Positions 10,513 to 20,246 of a stretch of DNA of 64,000 bases are shown here, piece after piece. Numbering within the stretch: position 1 is the stretch's first letter; each line of letters begins with the position of its first letter. Under the pieces are notes generated by a model. The model made no database searches, had not been told where the DNA came from, and saw only the letters and a list, made by a program, of their open reading frames with translations. Source of the DNA: an uncultured Muribaculaceae bacterium (GTDB lineage Bacteria; Bacillota_I; Bacilli_A; RF39; UBA660); the NCBI GenBank assembly GCA_964650315.1, contig CAZYQE010000001.1:78677-142676 (forward strand), written 5' to 3'. The position numbers and the translations under genes were made by a program.

Positions 10513-12687
10513 ATGAAGAAGAAAAAGACATATGAATTAAAATTTCATGGAAGAAAAATAGTAGTAGAAACAGGAGAATTAGCTAAACAAGCAGATGGTG
10601 CAGTATTAGTAAGATATAATGATACAGTTGTATTAACTGCTGCAGTAGTATCTAAGAATGTTAACTTATTATCTGATTTCTTTCCACTAACAGTAAATTA
10701 TCAAGAAAAATTATATTCAGTAGGTAAAATACCTGGTGGATTTATTAAAAGGGAAGGACGTCCTAGTGAAGCAGCTACACTTGCAGCTAGAATGATTGAT
10801 CGTCCAATGAGACCATTATTCCCAGAAGGATTTAAAAATGAAGTACAAATTATTTCAACAGTATTATCAGTTGATCAAGATTGTTCACCTGAATTAACTG
10901 CAATGTTTGCTTCATCTTTAGCAACTTCAATTTCAAAGATTCCATTTAATGGACCAATTGCTGGAGTTAAAGTTGGACGTGTAAATGGTAAATTTGTAAT
11001 TAATCCAACTCCAGAAGAATTAGAAAAATCTGAATTAGAATTAACAGTTGCTGGTACTAAAGATGCTATTAACATGGTTGAATCTAGTGCTAAAGAAGTT
11101 CCAGAAGATATTATGTTAGAAGCATTAATGGTTGGACATGATGCAATTAAAGAATTAATTAAGTTTGAAGAAAAAATCATTAAAGATATTGGGGAAGAAA
11201 AAATGGAATATGAAACATTAACTCCTGATACTGAAATGATTGAACGTATAGAAAAACTTGCTACTAAGAAAATGGATAAAGCTTTACGTATTAAAGATAA
11301 GTTAGAAAAATATGCTGCTATAGATGCAGTTAAAGAAGAAATAATTGAAATTTATACAGAAGAAAATGAAGAATATTTAAAAGACATTGAATTAAAAGAA
11401 TTACTTGCTAAAGTAAATATGGTTTTATCTGATATTGAATATAAATTATTTAGAAGTATTGTAGTTAAGGAAAAGAAACGTGCAGATGGACGTAAGATGG
11501 ATGAGATAAGAAAATTATCTACTGATATTGATATGTTACCTAGAACTCATGGTTCTGCATTATTCACAAGAGGTGAGACTCAAAGTTTATCAGTAACTAC
11601 ATTAGGTGCTTTAGGAGAACATCAAATCCTAGATGGTCTTGGATTAGAAGATCAAAAAAGATTTATGTTACACTATAACTTCCCACAATTTTCAGTAGGT
11701 GAAACTGGAAGATATGGTGCTCCTGGAAGAAGAGAAGTAGGACATGGAGCTTTAGGAGAAAAAGCTTTACTACAAGTTATTCCAAGTGAAGAAGAATTCC
11801 CATATACAATTAGAATTGTTTCTGAAATATTAGAATCAAATGGATCATCATCACAAGCAAGTATTTGTGCTGGATGTATGTCATTAATGGCTGCAGGAGT
11901 TCCAATTAAAGCTCCAGTTGCAGGAATCGCTATGGGATTAATTACTCATGAAGATGATTATACTATTTTAACTGATATCCAAGGTATGGAAGATCACTTA
12001 GGTGATATGGACTTTAAAGTTGCTGGTACTAAAGATGGTATTACTGCTTTACAAATGGATATTAAGATTAGTGGTATTACAAAAGATATTTTAAAAGAAG
12101 CTTTAGCGCAAGCTAAAAAAGCAAGATTAGAAATATTAAAAGTAATTGCTAAACAAATTAAAGAACCTAGAAAAGAAGTATCTAAATATGCTCCTAAGAT
12201 GGAAACATTTAAAATTGATCCTAATAAGATAAAAGAAGTAATCGGTCGTGGTGGAGAAATGATTACTAAGATTATTTGTGAAGCTTCTAATGTTACAGAA
12301 GTTACTAATGTAAATGCTGTTAAAGTAGATTTAGAAGAAGATGGAAGAGTAATTATCTATCATACAGATAAAGATGTAATTGAAAAAACAAAAGCTATGA
12401 TTGAAGATGTAATTAAAGAAGTAGAAGTAGGAGAGATTTATGATGCTAAAGTTGTTAAAGTAGAAGACTTTGGATGTTTCGTAGAAATATGGCCTGGTTG
12501 TGAAGGTTTAGTTCATATATCTCAACTAGCTCATGAAAGAGTAAATAAAGTTACAGATATAGTTAAAGAAGGAGACGAAATTATAGTTAAAGCTCTAGGA
12601 GCAGATAAACGTGGTCGTCTAAACTTCTCAAGAAAAGATGCTCTACCTAAACCAAAACCTAAAAAAGATAAAAAAGAAAAAAAATAA
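10513..12687 (+). CDS. pnp: Polyribonucleotide nucleotidyltransferase (PNPase)
   Basis: [46 protein letters not shown] and S1 domains; follows rpsO. Confidence 0.98.
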   Translation: MKKKKTYELKFHGRKIVVETGELAKQADGAVLVRYNDTVVLTAAVVSKNVNLLSDFFPLTVNYQEKLYSVGKIPGGFIKREGRPSEAATLAARMIDRPMRPLFPEGFKNEVQIISTVLSVDQDCSPELTAMFASSLATSISKIPFNGPIAGVKVGRVNGKFVINPTPEELEKSELELTVAGTKDAINMVESSAKEVPEDIMLEALMVGHDAIKELIKFEEKIIKDIGEEKMEYETLTPDTEMIERIEKLATKKMDKALRIKDKLEKYAAIDAVKEEIIEIYTEENEEYLKDIELKELLAKVNMVLSDIEYKLFRSIVVKEKKRADGRKMDEIRKLSTDIDMLPRTHGSALFTRGETQSLSVTTLGALGEHQILDGLGLEDQKRFMLHYNFPQFSVGETGRYGAPGRREVGHGALGEKALLQVIPSEEEFPYTIRIVSEILESNGSSSQASICAGCMSLMAAGVPIKAPVAGIAMGLITHEDDYTILTDIQGMEDHLGDMDFKVAGTKDGITALQMDIKISGITKDILKEALAQAKKARLEILKVIAKQIKEPRKEVSKYAPKMETFKIDPNKIKEVIGRGGEMITKIICEASNVTEVTNVNAVKVDLEEDGRVIIYHTDKDVIEKTKAMIEDVIKEVEVGEIYDAKVVKVEDFGCFVEIWPGCEGLVHISQLAHERVNKVTDIVKEGDEIIVKALGADKRGRLNFSRKDALPKPKPKKDKKEKK

Positions 12688-12711
12688 AAGACTTTTAAAA
12701 AGTCTTTTTTT
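12686..12711. terminator. Bidirectional terminator between pnp and the convergent ORF
   Basis: AAAAGACTTT/AAAGTCTTTT hairpin flanked by A and T runs. Confidence 0.65.
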
Positions 12712-13081
12712 ATTTAGTAAATCTATTACCATCATCATAACTATCTTCAATATCTTCTACAACATCATTTTTACCCAATTTATCAATAGTTAAATTAATA
12801 TACTTAGAAACAAAATTTTTAGGTCTAGGTCTTTTTTTACCAGTAGACTGATTATAATCAAAAGATGTTACCATAATCATAGTATCTTTATATATTTCTT
12901 TCCATTCCTCTAAAGATAAAATTTTCCCCTTTTCATCAAAATCAATAGATTTTTCTATTATACCTTTTATTAATTTTGATTTATCATTGTCTGATAATTC
13001 ATATTGTTCTTGCATATTCTTAATTTCATCATCATCATCTAAAGAATTAACAAAATCTTTCATGATTTCAAAATTAGTCAT
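12710..13081 (-). CDS. Orphan acidic protein (123 aa)
   Basis: Minus-strand TTGACT-17-TATAAT promoter, SD AGGGGGA, ATG at 13081 (MTNFEIMK). Confidence 0.65.
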   Translation of the reverse strand: MTNFEIMKDFVNSLDDDDEIKNMQEQYELSDNDKSKLIKGIIEKSIDFDEKGKILSLEEWKEIYKDTMIMVTSFDYNQSTGKKRPRPKNFVSKYINLTIDKLGKNDVVEDIEDSYDDGNRFTK

Positions 13082-13169
13082 AATATTCCCCCTCACAAAA
13101 ATCAGGATTATTATACATCAAAACTTAATAAAAGTCAATAAATACTCATATAATCTATTAGGTGATTTA

Positions 13170-14033
13170 ATGAAGAATAATATCTATAAAATAGTATCTG
13201 TAATAATACTAACTATCTTTAGTTTTTACTATACAAATAAAACAATTGATATTATAAGAGAAACAGATCCGATTATGAAGGAGATTAGAAAATCTAATGA
13301 TAAGTATTATAAAAAAGCTATAAATGCTAAAGTAGTAAACAATACTATAATACCTGGTATTAATGGTAAAAAAATAGATTATAAAAAAAGTTATAGAAAA
13401 ATGAAAAAATACGGTAATTATAATGAAGTATTAACAGTCTTTAAAGAAACAAAACCAAGTATTTCTATAAATAATATTTATGATAAATATATAACAGTAG
13501 GTAATAATGAAAAGAAATCGGTAGCTTTAGTATTTAAAATAGAAAATAATACTAATATAGATAATATTAAAAATATTAATAATATTCTAGTAAATAAAAA
13601 TATTAAATCTACTATATTTATAGATGGATTATTTTTAGAAAATAATTTAGATTTAGTTAATAATTTTAAACTTTCTGAATTAGAAATATTAAATTATGAT
13701 AATTCTTATAAAGAAATATATTTTTCTTCAGCTATTAATTATTTAAATAATATTACAGGGAAAGAAGCTAAATATTGTTATGCTGATTATGATAATAAAG
13801 AATTAATAGAATTATGTTCTAGATTAAAACTACATACAATACTACCTACTATTAAAGTAGGAAACTATCCATATAAAGAAATAAAAAACAAACTACAAAA
13901 TGCATCTATTATATCTATACCAATTAATTCATCTACTGAAATAGAATTATCTACAGTAATAGATTATATTAAATCACGTGGTTATAATTTTTTAACTTTA
14001 GATGAATTAATAAATGAAAGTTATGATAAATGA
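13170..14033 (+). CDS. YlxY/SwsB-like sporulation polysaccharide deacetylase homolog, probably degenerate
   Basis: True start ATG 13170 (SD AGGTGA); N-terminal TM; INAKV..IPGING, GNNEKKSVALVF, STIFIDG, IKSRGYNFLTLDELI; downstream of pnp as in Bacillus; CATATAAT sigma-E-like -10. Confidence 0.7.
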   Translation: MKNNIYKIVSVIILTIFSFYYTNKTIDIIRETDPIMKEIRKSNDKYYKKAINAKVVNNTIIPGINGKKIDYKKSYRKMKKYGNYNEVLTVFKETKPSISINNIYDKYITVGNNEKKSVALVFKIENNTNIDNIKNINNILVNKNIKSTIFIDGLFLENNLDLVNNFKLSELEILNYDNSYKEIYFSSAINYLNNITGKEAKYCYADYDNKELIELCSRLKLHTILPTIKVGNYPYKEIKNKLQNASIISIPINSSTEIELSTVIDYIKSRGYNFLTLDELINESYDK

Positions 14034-14065
14034 TTGTATTTTTTAAATAAAATGTTATAATAGTG

Positions 14066-14072
14066 TGTCGAA
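14066..14072 (+). promoter_or_regulatory. Perfect Spo0A box (TGTCGAA) at the predicted transcription start of the repeat-protein gene
   Basis: TGTCGAA 4 nt downstream of TG-N-TATAAT (TATAAT at 14056-14061). Confidence 0.5.
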
Positions 14073-14085
14073 AGAGGGATTTATT

Positions 14086-15063
14086 ATGGAAAAAGAATAT
14101 AAAATAATGAATTTAATAGAAAGATTAAAAGAAGAATATGGAGATAAATATGTAGTTGATAGTCTAGAACAGAGCGTTCTAAATACTAAAAATGATTATT
14201 TATCATATAATTTTTTAAAGAAGATTAAAGGAGCTAATTTTAAAGAACATGAAAAAGTAATATTAGAAAATGGGAATCCTGCATATAATTATTATGTTAT
14301 GGAAGATTTTGAAGAAGCAGATACTAACAAACATGCACAAATAATAATAGATAGTAAAAATCCTAGATATAATTATCATTGTGCAAAAGATATTGAAGGT
14401 GTAGATGTTGGTGCCCATGAACAAGCAGTAATTGAAAGTAAAAATATTAAATATGCATATTTCTTTGCTAAAGATGTAAAAGGAGCTAATAAAGATAGAT
14501 TAGGACAAATTGTAATTAAAAGTAAGGATCCAAAGTATAACTATTTATTTGCTAGAAGTATTAAATATTCAAATGTTAAAAGACATGGTAATGCAGTTAT
14601 AGAAAGTAAAGATCCAAAGTATAATTATTTGTTCGCTGCTAGTGTTTTAGGTGCAGATATAGATTCTCATGAAAAAGTAGTTATGGAAAGTCTTGATCCA
14701 GAATACTGTTATAAATTTGCTAGGGGTATACCTGAATCTGATATAAATAAATTTAAAAAAGTAGTTGTAGAATCTAAGGATCCAGAATATTGCTATAGAT
14801 ATGCTAAAGATGTTCCTGGAATTGATAGAAAAGATTTAGAAGAAGCAGTTGTAGAAAGTGAAAATTTACCATATAACTATTTATATGCTAAAGAAATAGA
14901 AGATGCTGATCTTAAATGTCATTATCAAGTATTCCTAGAAAATGGTAATGTTGCTGATTTAAATCAATTTGAAACATATATAGGTCTACCTATGGATTAT
15001 GGATTAAGTCCAAAAAGAGTAAAAACTTTAATAAAAGAAATTAATGGTGAAATAAAAAGATAA
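14086..15063 (+). CDS. 28-aa tandem helical repeat (alpha-solenoid) protein, about 9.5 repeats
   Basis: Repeats such as HGNAVIESKDPKYNYLFAASVLGADIDS and HEKVVMESLDPEYCYKFARGIPESDINK at an exact 28-aa period; ATG 14086 with SD GAGGGA. Confidence 0.8.
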   Translation: MEKEYKIMNLIERLKEEYGDKYVVDSLEQSVLNTKNDYLSYNFLKKIKGANFKEHEKVILENGNPAYNYYVMEDFEEADTNKHAQIIIDSKNPRYNYHCAKDIEGVDVGAHEQAVIESKNIKYAYFFAKDVKGANKDRLGQIVIKSKDPKYNYLFARSIKYSNVKRHGNAVIESKDPKYNYLFAASVLGADIDSHEKVVMESLDPEYCYKFARGIPESDINKFKKVVVESKDPEYCYRYAKDVPGIDRKDLEEAVVESENLPYNYLYAKEIEDADLKCHYQVFLENGNVADLNQFETYIGLPMDYGLSPKRVKTLIKEINGEIKR

Positions 15064-15147
15064 TTATATCTTTTTATTTTGTTTTTATATAAAGAAATGT
15101 TTGGAAAATAAGGATATTTATAGTATAATTGATAATAGGTGAGGCAT

Positions 15148-18084
15148 ATGTATTTAAAACAAATAATAACAAGTGGATTTAAATCTTTTGCAGATAAATT
15201 AGAGTTAAATCTTGATGATAAGATAACTTGTATAGTTGGACCTAATGGATCTGGTAAAAGTAATGTAGTAGATGCTGTTAGATGGGTATTAGGAGAACAA
15301 TCAGTTAAATCCTTACGTGGTGAAGGATCAATGAGTGATGTTATTTTCTCTGGAAGTAAATCAAGAAATCCTCTAAATGTTGCCTCAGTAGAATTAATAT
15401 TTGATAATAGTGATAAATATATAAATATTCCATATACAGATATATCTATTAAAAGAAAAATATATCGCAGTGGAGAAAATGAATATTATTTAAATGGAGA
15501 AAAATGTAGATTAAAAGATATAACTAATTTATTATTGGATTCAGGTATGGGAAAAGAATCTTTTAATATTATATCTCAAGGAGAAGTATCTAAAATACTT
15601 AGTAATTCACCTAGTGATAGAAGAATTATATTTGAAGAAGCATCAGGTATATTAAAATATAAAAAACGTAAAGAAGAAGCTTTAAGAAAACTAGATAGAA
15701 CTCATAATAACTTAGATAGAGTAAATGATATTATTACTGAGTTAGATATGCAAGTAGGTCCCCTAAAAGAACAAAGTAGAAAAGCTAAAATATATTTAGA
15801 GAATAAAGAAGGATTAGATAAATATGAAATAGCTTTACTTGCATATGATATAGAAAATCAAACACAAGAATTAGAAAATGCTAAAAAAGAAAAAGAAAAA
15901 GTAGATAGTGAAATACTAAATATAAATACAACTACTTCTAAAAATGATGCATCTACTATAGATGATACTAATAAATTAGAAAAACTAGAAAAGAAAAGAA
16001 TTGATCTTTCAAAAACATTAGTAAATACTACTGCAGAAGTAGAAAAGATTAATGGAGAAAGAAAATTACTTGCTTTAAGAAATAAAACTAAAGATAAAGA
16101 AGATAAAAATAAAGAAGAATTAAAAGAAAAATTAGAATCTAAAAATGAATTAGAATCTAAACTTACTATATTAAAAGATGAATTAGATATAATTATTAAA
16201 AAATCTAAGAATGAAGATAAAGAATATGATGGATTAAAAGAAGAAATTAATAATTTAAAAACAAAGAAGAATATGTTAAATAATGAATATTCTAATCATG
16301 AAAAAGAATTAATTTCTACTAATCATAAAATAAGTTCATTACAAAGAGAAATAGATGAGAACTTAGATTTACCTCATTCAGTTAGAAGTATATTAAAAGA
16401 AAATTCTTTAAAAGGAATTCATAATACTATAGGTAATTTATTAAGTGTAGAGAGTAAATTTACTAAAGCTTTAAATATTGCTATATCTGCATCTAAAAAC
16501 TTTGTAGTAACAGAAGATGAGAATTCATCTAAAAATGCAATTAATTACTTAAAAGATAATCATTTAGGAAGAGCGACTTTCTTCCCAATCTCAGTAATTA
16601 AAGAGCGTTATATTGATAATAATACATTAGATTTAATTACTAATAATGAAGATTTTATTGGTGTATTAAGTGATTTAGTAGATTATGATACTACATATCA
16701 AAATATTATTAAAAATCAATTAGGTAATGTTTTAGTATCTACTGATATAGATAGTGCTAATAGATTATCTAGATTAGTAAATAGACGTTATAGAATAGTT
16801 ACTTTAGATGGAGATGTTATTAATGTAGGTGGGTCTATGTCAGGAGGATCTACTTCTAAAGTAAAAAGTGTAGTACTAATAAAACAAGAATTAAATAACT
16901 TTAAAAACAAATTAGAATTACTAAATAAAGAAAAAGAAGATATATCTACTGAAGTAAAAGAAATAGATGAATCTATTGCTAATTTAGAAGATAAATTATT
17001 TAAATCATCTAGAAAGAAAGTATCTTATAAAGAACAATATAATTCTAAGAAAGAAGAAGTAGAAAAAGTAGATAAATCTTTAGATGAAGTAAATAAAGAT
17101 TTAGAAGGATTAGATTCAGTAATAAATAATTCTATTGATGAAAAAGAAAAAGAATTAATAGAGAAATACTATGAAGCTAATACTATTAAAGAAACTGTTT
17201 CTAATAAACTTAGTAATTTAGCTAAAGAAATAGATAAATTAAAAGAAAAGATAGAAGAGAAGACTGCTTCATTAAAATTAGAAAATTCTAAATTACGTAA
17301 TTTAGAAAAAGTATCTAGAGAAAAAGAAATATTAATAAATAGATTAGATGTAAAAATAGATAATATGTTAACTACTCTAAGTGAAGAATATGAAATGACT
17401 TTTGAGAAAGCTAAAGCTAATTATAAATTAGATATAGATCCTGAAGAAGCTAGAGTAAAAGTTAATGGTTATAGAGCAAATATTAAAAGAATTGGTATGG
17501 TTAACTTAGATGCTATAGAAGAGTATGAGAAAGTTAATACTAGATATGAGTTCTTAACTAATCAAAGAGAAGATCTATTAAATGCAGAAAATACATTACT
17601 TGATATAATGAATGAAATGGATTCTGTAATGAGAGATGAGTTTAAAAATACATTTGTAGAAATAAGAAGTGAATTTAAAGGTGTATTTAGAGAATTATTT
17701 GGTGGAGGTAGTGCTGATTTAAAACTAACTGATCCAGATAACTTACTTACTACAGGAGTAGAAATAGTTGCTTCACCTCCAGGTAAGAAACTAACTACTA
17801 TTTCATTATTATCAGGAGGAGAAAAAACATTAACAGCAATATCTTTATTATTCGCAATACTTAATGTTAGAAGTACACCATTCTGTTTATTCGATGAAGT
17901 AGAAGCTGCTCTAGATGAAGCAAATGTTTCACAATTTGGAACATACCTAGATCATTATAAAAATAAAACACAATTCTTAATAATTACACATAAAAAGAAA
18001 ACTATGGAATATGCTAATACACTTTATGGTATAACTATGCAAGAATCAGGTGTATCAAAACTTGTAAGTGTAAAAATGCAATAA
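15148..18084 (+). CDS. smc: Chromosome segregation protein SMC (short-arm, 978 aa)
   Basis: GFKSFA, Walker A GPNGSGKSN, hinge GRATFFP..GGSMSGG, signature LSGGEK, Walker B FDEVEAALD. Confidence 0.97.
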   Translation: MYLKQIITSGFKSFADKLELNLDDKITCIVGPNGSGKSNVVDAVRWVLGEQSVKSLRGEGSMSDVIFSGSKSRNPLNVASVELIFDNSDKYINIPYTDISIKRKIYRSGENEYYLNGEKCRLKDITNLLLDSGMGKESFNIISQGEVSKILSNSPSDRRIIFEEASGILKYKKRKEEALRKLDRTHNNLDRVNDIITELDMQVGPLKEQSRKAKIYLENKEGLDKYEIALLAYDIENQTQELENAKKEKEKVDSEILNINTTTSKNDASTIDDTNKLEKLEKKRIDLSKTLVNTTAEVEKINGERKLLALRNKTKDKEDKNKEELKEKLESKNELESKLTILKDELDIIIKKSKNEDKEYDGLKEEINNLKTKKNMLNNEYSNHEKELISTNHKISSLQREIDENLDLPHSVRSILKENSLKGIHNTIGNLLSVESKFTKALNIAISASKNFVVTEDENSSKNAINYLKDNHLGRATFFPISVIKERYIDNNTLDLITNNEDFIGVLSDLVDYDTTYQNIIKNQLGNVLVSTDIDSANRLSRLVNRRYRIVTLDGDVINVGGSMSGGSTSKVKSVVLIKQELNNFKNKLELLNKEKEDISTEVKEIDESIANLEDKLFKSSRKKVSYKEQYNSKKEEVEKVDKSLDEVNKDLEGLDSVINNSIDEKEKELIEKYYEANTIKETVSNKLSNLAKEIDKLKEKIEEKTASLKLENSKLRNLEKVSREKEILINRLDVKIDNMLTTLSEEYEMTFEKAKANYKLDIDPEEARVKVNGYRANIKRIGMVNLDAIEEYEKVNTRYEFLTNQREDLLNAENTLLDIMNEMDSVMRDEFKNTFVEIRSEFKGVFRELFGGGSADLKLTDPDNLLTTGVEIVASPPGKKLTTISLLSGGEKTLTAISLLFAILNVRSTPFCLFDEVEAALDEANVSQFGTYLDHYKNKTQFLIITHKKKTMEYANTLYGITMQESGVSKLVSVKMQ

Positions 18085-18091
18085 AAAAAGA

Positions 18092-18640
18092 CTAGATGGC
18101 TCTCATCTGGTCTTTATCTTTATATGGATTCTTTTTATCTATATGATCAGTAAACATAATACCATTTAAATGATCAAGTTCATGTTGGAAGGCAATAGCT
18201 AATTCTTCACGTCCTCTAACATGAATTTTTTTACCATCCATATCATAAGCTTCCATTGTAACTCTAGCATATCTAGGAACAATTCCTTCAACTTCACGAT
18301 TAACACTTAGGCAACCTTCACCCATTTCAACATATATCTTTTCCACAGAATTACTAATAATCTTAGGATTAATTAAAACATATTCTTCAAATTCACCTTC
18401 ATCAATTTCATTAACAACAACAAAATATCTTTTAGGAACACCTAACTGTATAGCGGCCATTCCCATACCAGGTCTTAAATCATACTTTTCAGATAATTCT
18501 TCAATTTGAGAATTACGTAAATATTCCATCATAGTATTAATTAATTCCTTATCCTTTTTAGTAAGAGGAAATTCAACTTCTTTACTAATTTTTCTTAATC
18601 TTTTATCTTTTTCATCTAATATATCCTTGGTTTTTAACAT
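18092..18640 (-). CDS. def: Peptide deformylase
   Basis: GMGMAAIQLG, EGCLS, QHELDHLNG; ATG at 18640. Confidence 0.96.
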   Translation of the reverse strand: MLKTKDILDEKDKRLRKISKEVEFPLTKKDKELINTMMEYLRNSQIEELSEKYDLRPGMGMAAIQLGVPKRYFVVVNEIDEGEFEEYVLINPKIISNSVEKIYVEMGEGCLSVNREVEGIVPRYARVTMEAYDMDGKKIHVRGREELAIAFQHELDHLNGIMFTDHIDKKNPYKDKDQMRAI

Positions 18641-18694
18641 ACTACCACCAGCCCTCAATCAAAGCATATTATAGCACACATAAAAAACTTAGTC

Positions 18695-18721
18695 AAAAAA
18701 AGTGTATAGATATCTATACAC
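18695..18721 (-). terminator. Terminator of the YjcZ-family gene
   Basis: Perfect palindrome GTGTATAGATATCTATACAC (18702-18721) followed by T7 on the minus strand. Confidence 0.7.
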
Positions 18722-18724
18722 AAA

Positions 18725-18868
18725 TTAATCATTAAAACGAGTACCAACTATAATAACTAATAATATAAATAATACTAAGATAATGGCATAGTTATTATTG
18801 TTTCCACAAGTAGTGTAGTATGGCATACTATTACCACAACAACTACTTCCTCCACCATAATAATACAT
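18725..18868 (-). CDS. YjcZ/SscA-family small sporulation protein (47 aa, not in ORF track): MYYYGGGSSCCGNSMPYYTTCGNNNNYAIILVLFILLVIIVGTRFND
   Basis: SD AAAGGAGG; Gly/Tyr/Cys-rich N-terminus plus the YAIILVLFILLVIIVG hallmark; sigma-K-like AC-16-CATATTTTA promoter at 18899-18925. Confidence 0.85.
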   Translation of the reverse strand: MYYYGGGSSCCGNSMPYYTTCGNNNNYAIILVLFILLVIIVGTRFND

Positions 18869-18990
18869 AATAGATAGCCTCCTTTACATAATCTACTATA
18901 AAATATGTAAAGATATAAATATTGTTAATTAAAACTACCTATAAAAAAATATAAAAATATGATATTATTATATTAGAATGGAGTGATATA

Positions 18991-20145
18991 GTGAAGAAAG
19001 TATTTAAGAACTTAGATAAACCTTTATTATTAGTAACTATATTACTTTTTGTCGTGGGATTAATTGCAGTATTCTCATCATCTAATGTTACTGCTTATAT
19101 GTCACATGCAGTTAGTCCATATAATTATTTTTTAAAACAATTATTTTTCCTAATAGCAGGATTAATATTATTCTTTTTAATGATAGGAATGTCCACCAAA
19201 ACATATGGAAAACTATCCTGGGCACTATTATTAATAGTAATTGCATCATTAGTATGTCTACTTGTAATAGGAAGAGCTAAAAACCAAGCAATATCTTGGT
19301 TTGATTTAGGAATTATTAGTATTCAACCTAGTGAGTTTGCTAAAGTGATAACGATTATTTGGTTAGCTAGATATTATGATTTAAATTCTAAAAACTTAAA
19401 CACATATATGAAAAGTTTATTTCCAATAGGAATATGTATGATTATATGTTTATTAATTTTTATTCAACCAGATTTAGGTACCACTATAATATATAGTGCA
19501 ATAGTAGGCGCAATTTTCTTCTCATCACCAGTACCTAAATCCATAAAATTTAAAATAATGTTTTTAGGAATAGGTTTAATAATATTCGCAGCTTTAGGTT
19601 ATAAAACAATAGGTAGTGGAGTATTACAAGATAGACAAAATGAAAGATTTAATTATAGGAATCCATGTAAGAGATTACTATCTACAGGTAACCAAGTATG
19701 TAATGGATATATTGCGATTAATAATGGAGGACTTACTGGAGTAGGTCTAGGTAATTCAACTCAAAAGTATTTATATTTACCAGAACCATATACAGATTTT
19801 ATATTCGCAATTATAGTAGAAGAAATGGGAGTATTATTTGGAATCTTTATACTTCTGGCATATATGTTTTTATTATATAGAATACTTGCGATTGGTAGAA
19901 AAAGTAAAAGTAATAGTGGAGCTATGATGTGTTATGGAATAGCTGTTTATATATTCTTACATATCGCAGTAAACTTATTAGGTTTATTTGGATTAATGCC
20001 AATGACAGGGGTACCATTACCATTTATGAGTTATGGAGGAAGTTTTACTATTTGTTTAATAGCTGCTTTAACAGTAGTACAACAAGTAAATATAGAAAAC
20101 AAAAAAGGAACAGAAAAAACAAGAAGAAGAAAAAGAAGAGCTTAA
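18991..20145 (+). CDS. ftsW: FtsW/RodA/SpoVE-family SEDS glycosyltransferase (probably vegetative FtsW)
   Basis: IQPSEFAK, QPDLGT, GLGNSTQKYLYLPEPYTDFIFAII, TGVPLPFMSYGGS. Confidence 0.85.
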   Translation: MKKVFKNLDKPLLLVTILLFVVGLIAVFSSSNVTAYMSHAVSPYNYFLKQLFFLIAGLILFFLMIGMSTKTYGKLSWALLLIVIASLVCLLVIGRAKNQAISWFDLGIISIQPSEFAKVITIIWLARYYDLNSKNLNTYMKSLFPIGICMIICLLIFIQPDLGTTIIYSAIVGAIFFSSPVPKSIKFKIMFLGIGLIIFAALGYKTIGSGVLQDRQNERFNYRNPCKRLLSTGNQVCNGYIAINNGGLTGVGLGNSTQKYLYLPEPYTDFIFAIIVEEMGVLFGIFILLAYMFLLYRILAIGRKSKSNSGAMMCYGIAVYIFLHIAVNLLGLFGLMPMTGVPLPFMSYGGSFTICLIAALTVVQQVNIENKKGTEKTRRRKRRA

Positions 20146-20246
20146 TAGTTCTTTTTTTGTTTTACGTAAATAGAATATTAATATAAGTAAAACAATTGAC
20201 TATAATATTAAGTAATTATATATTATATATAATAGGAGGAAAATAT

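Noticed and set aside
12987-13169. N-terminal 61 aa of the 348-aa ORF in the track
   Set aside because: Overlaps the antisense orphan and its promoter; SD and TM support ATG 13170. Similar over-extensions were trimmed at 6697, 14065, 15139, 18658, 20196, 23409, 29912, 35191, 39880, 40490 and 46607.
14164-14950. 84-nt periodic DNA repeats (also LysM repeats at 50577-51242 and serpin N-terminal repeats) as a CRISPR array
   Set aside because: Degenerate in-frame protein repeats, with no identical repeat-unique spacer structure and no cas genes.
18702-18721. Perfect 20-bp palindrome as an operator or recombination site
   Set aside because: Directly follows the YjcZ stop with T7 on the minus strand, so it is explained as a terminator.
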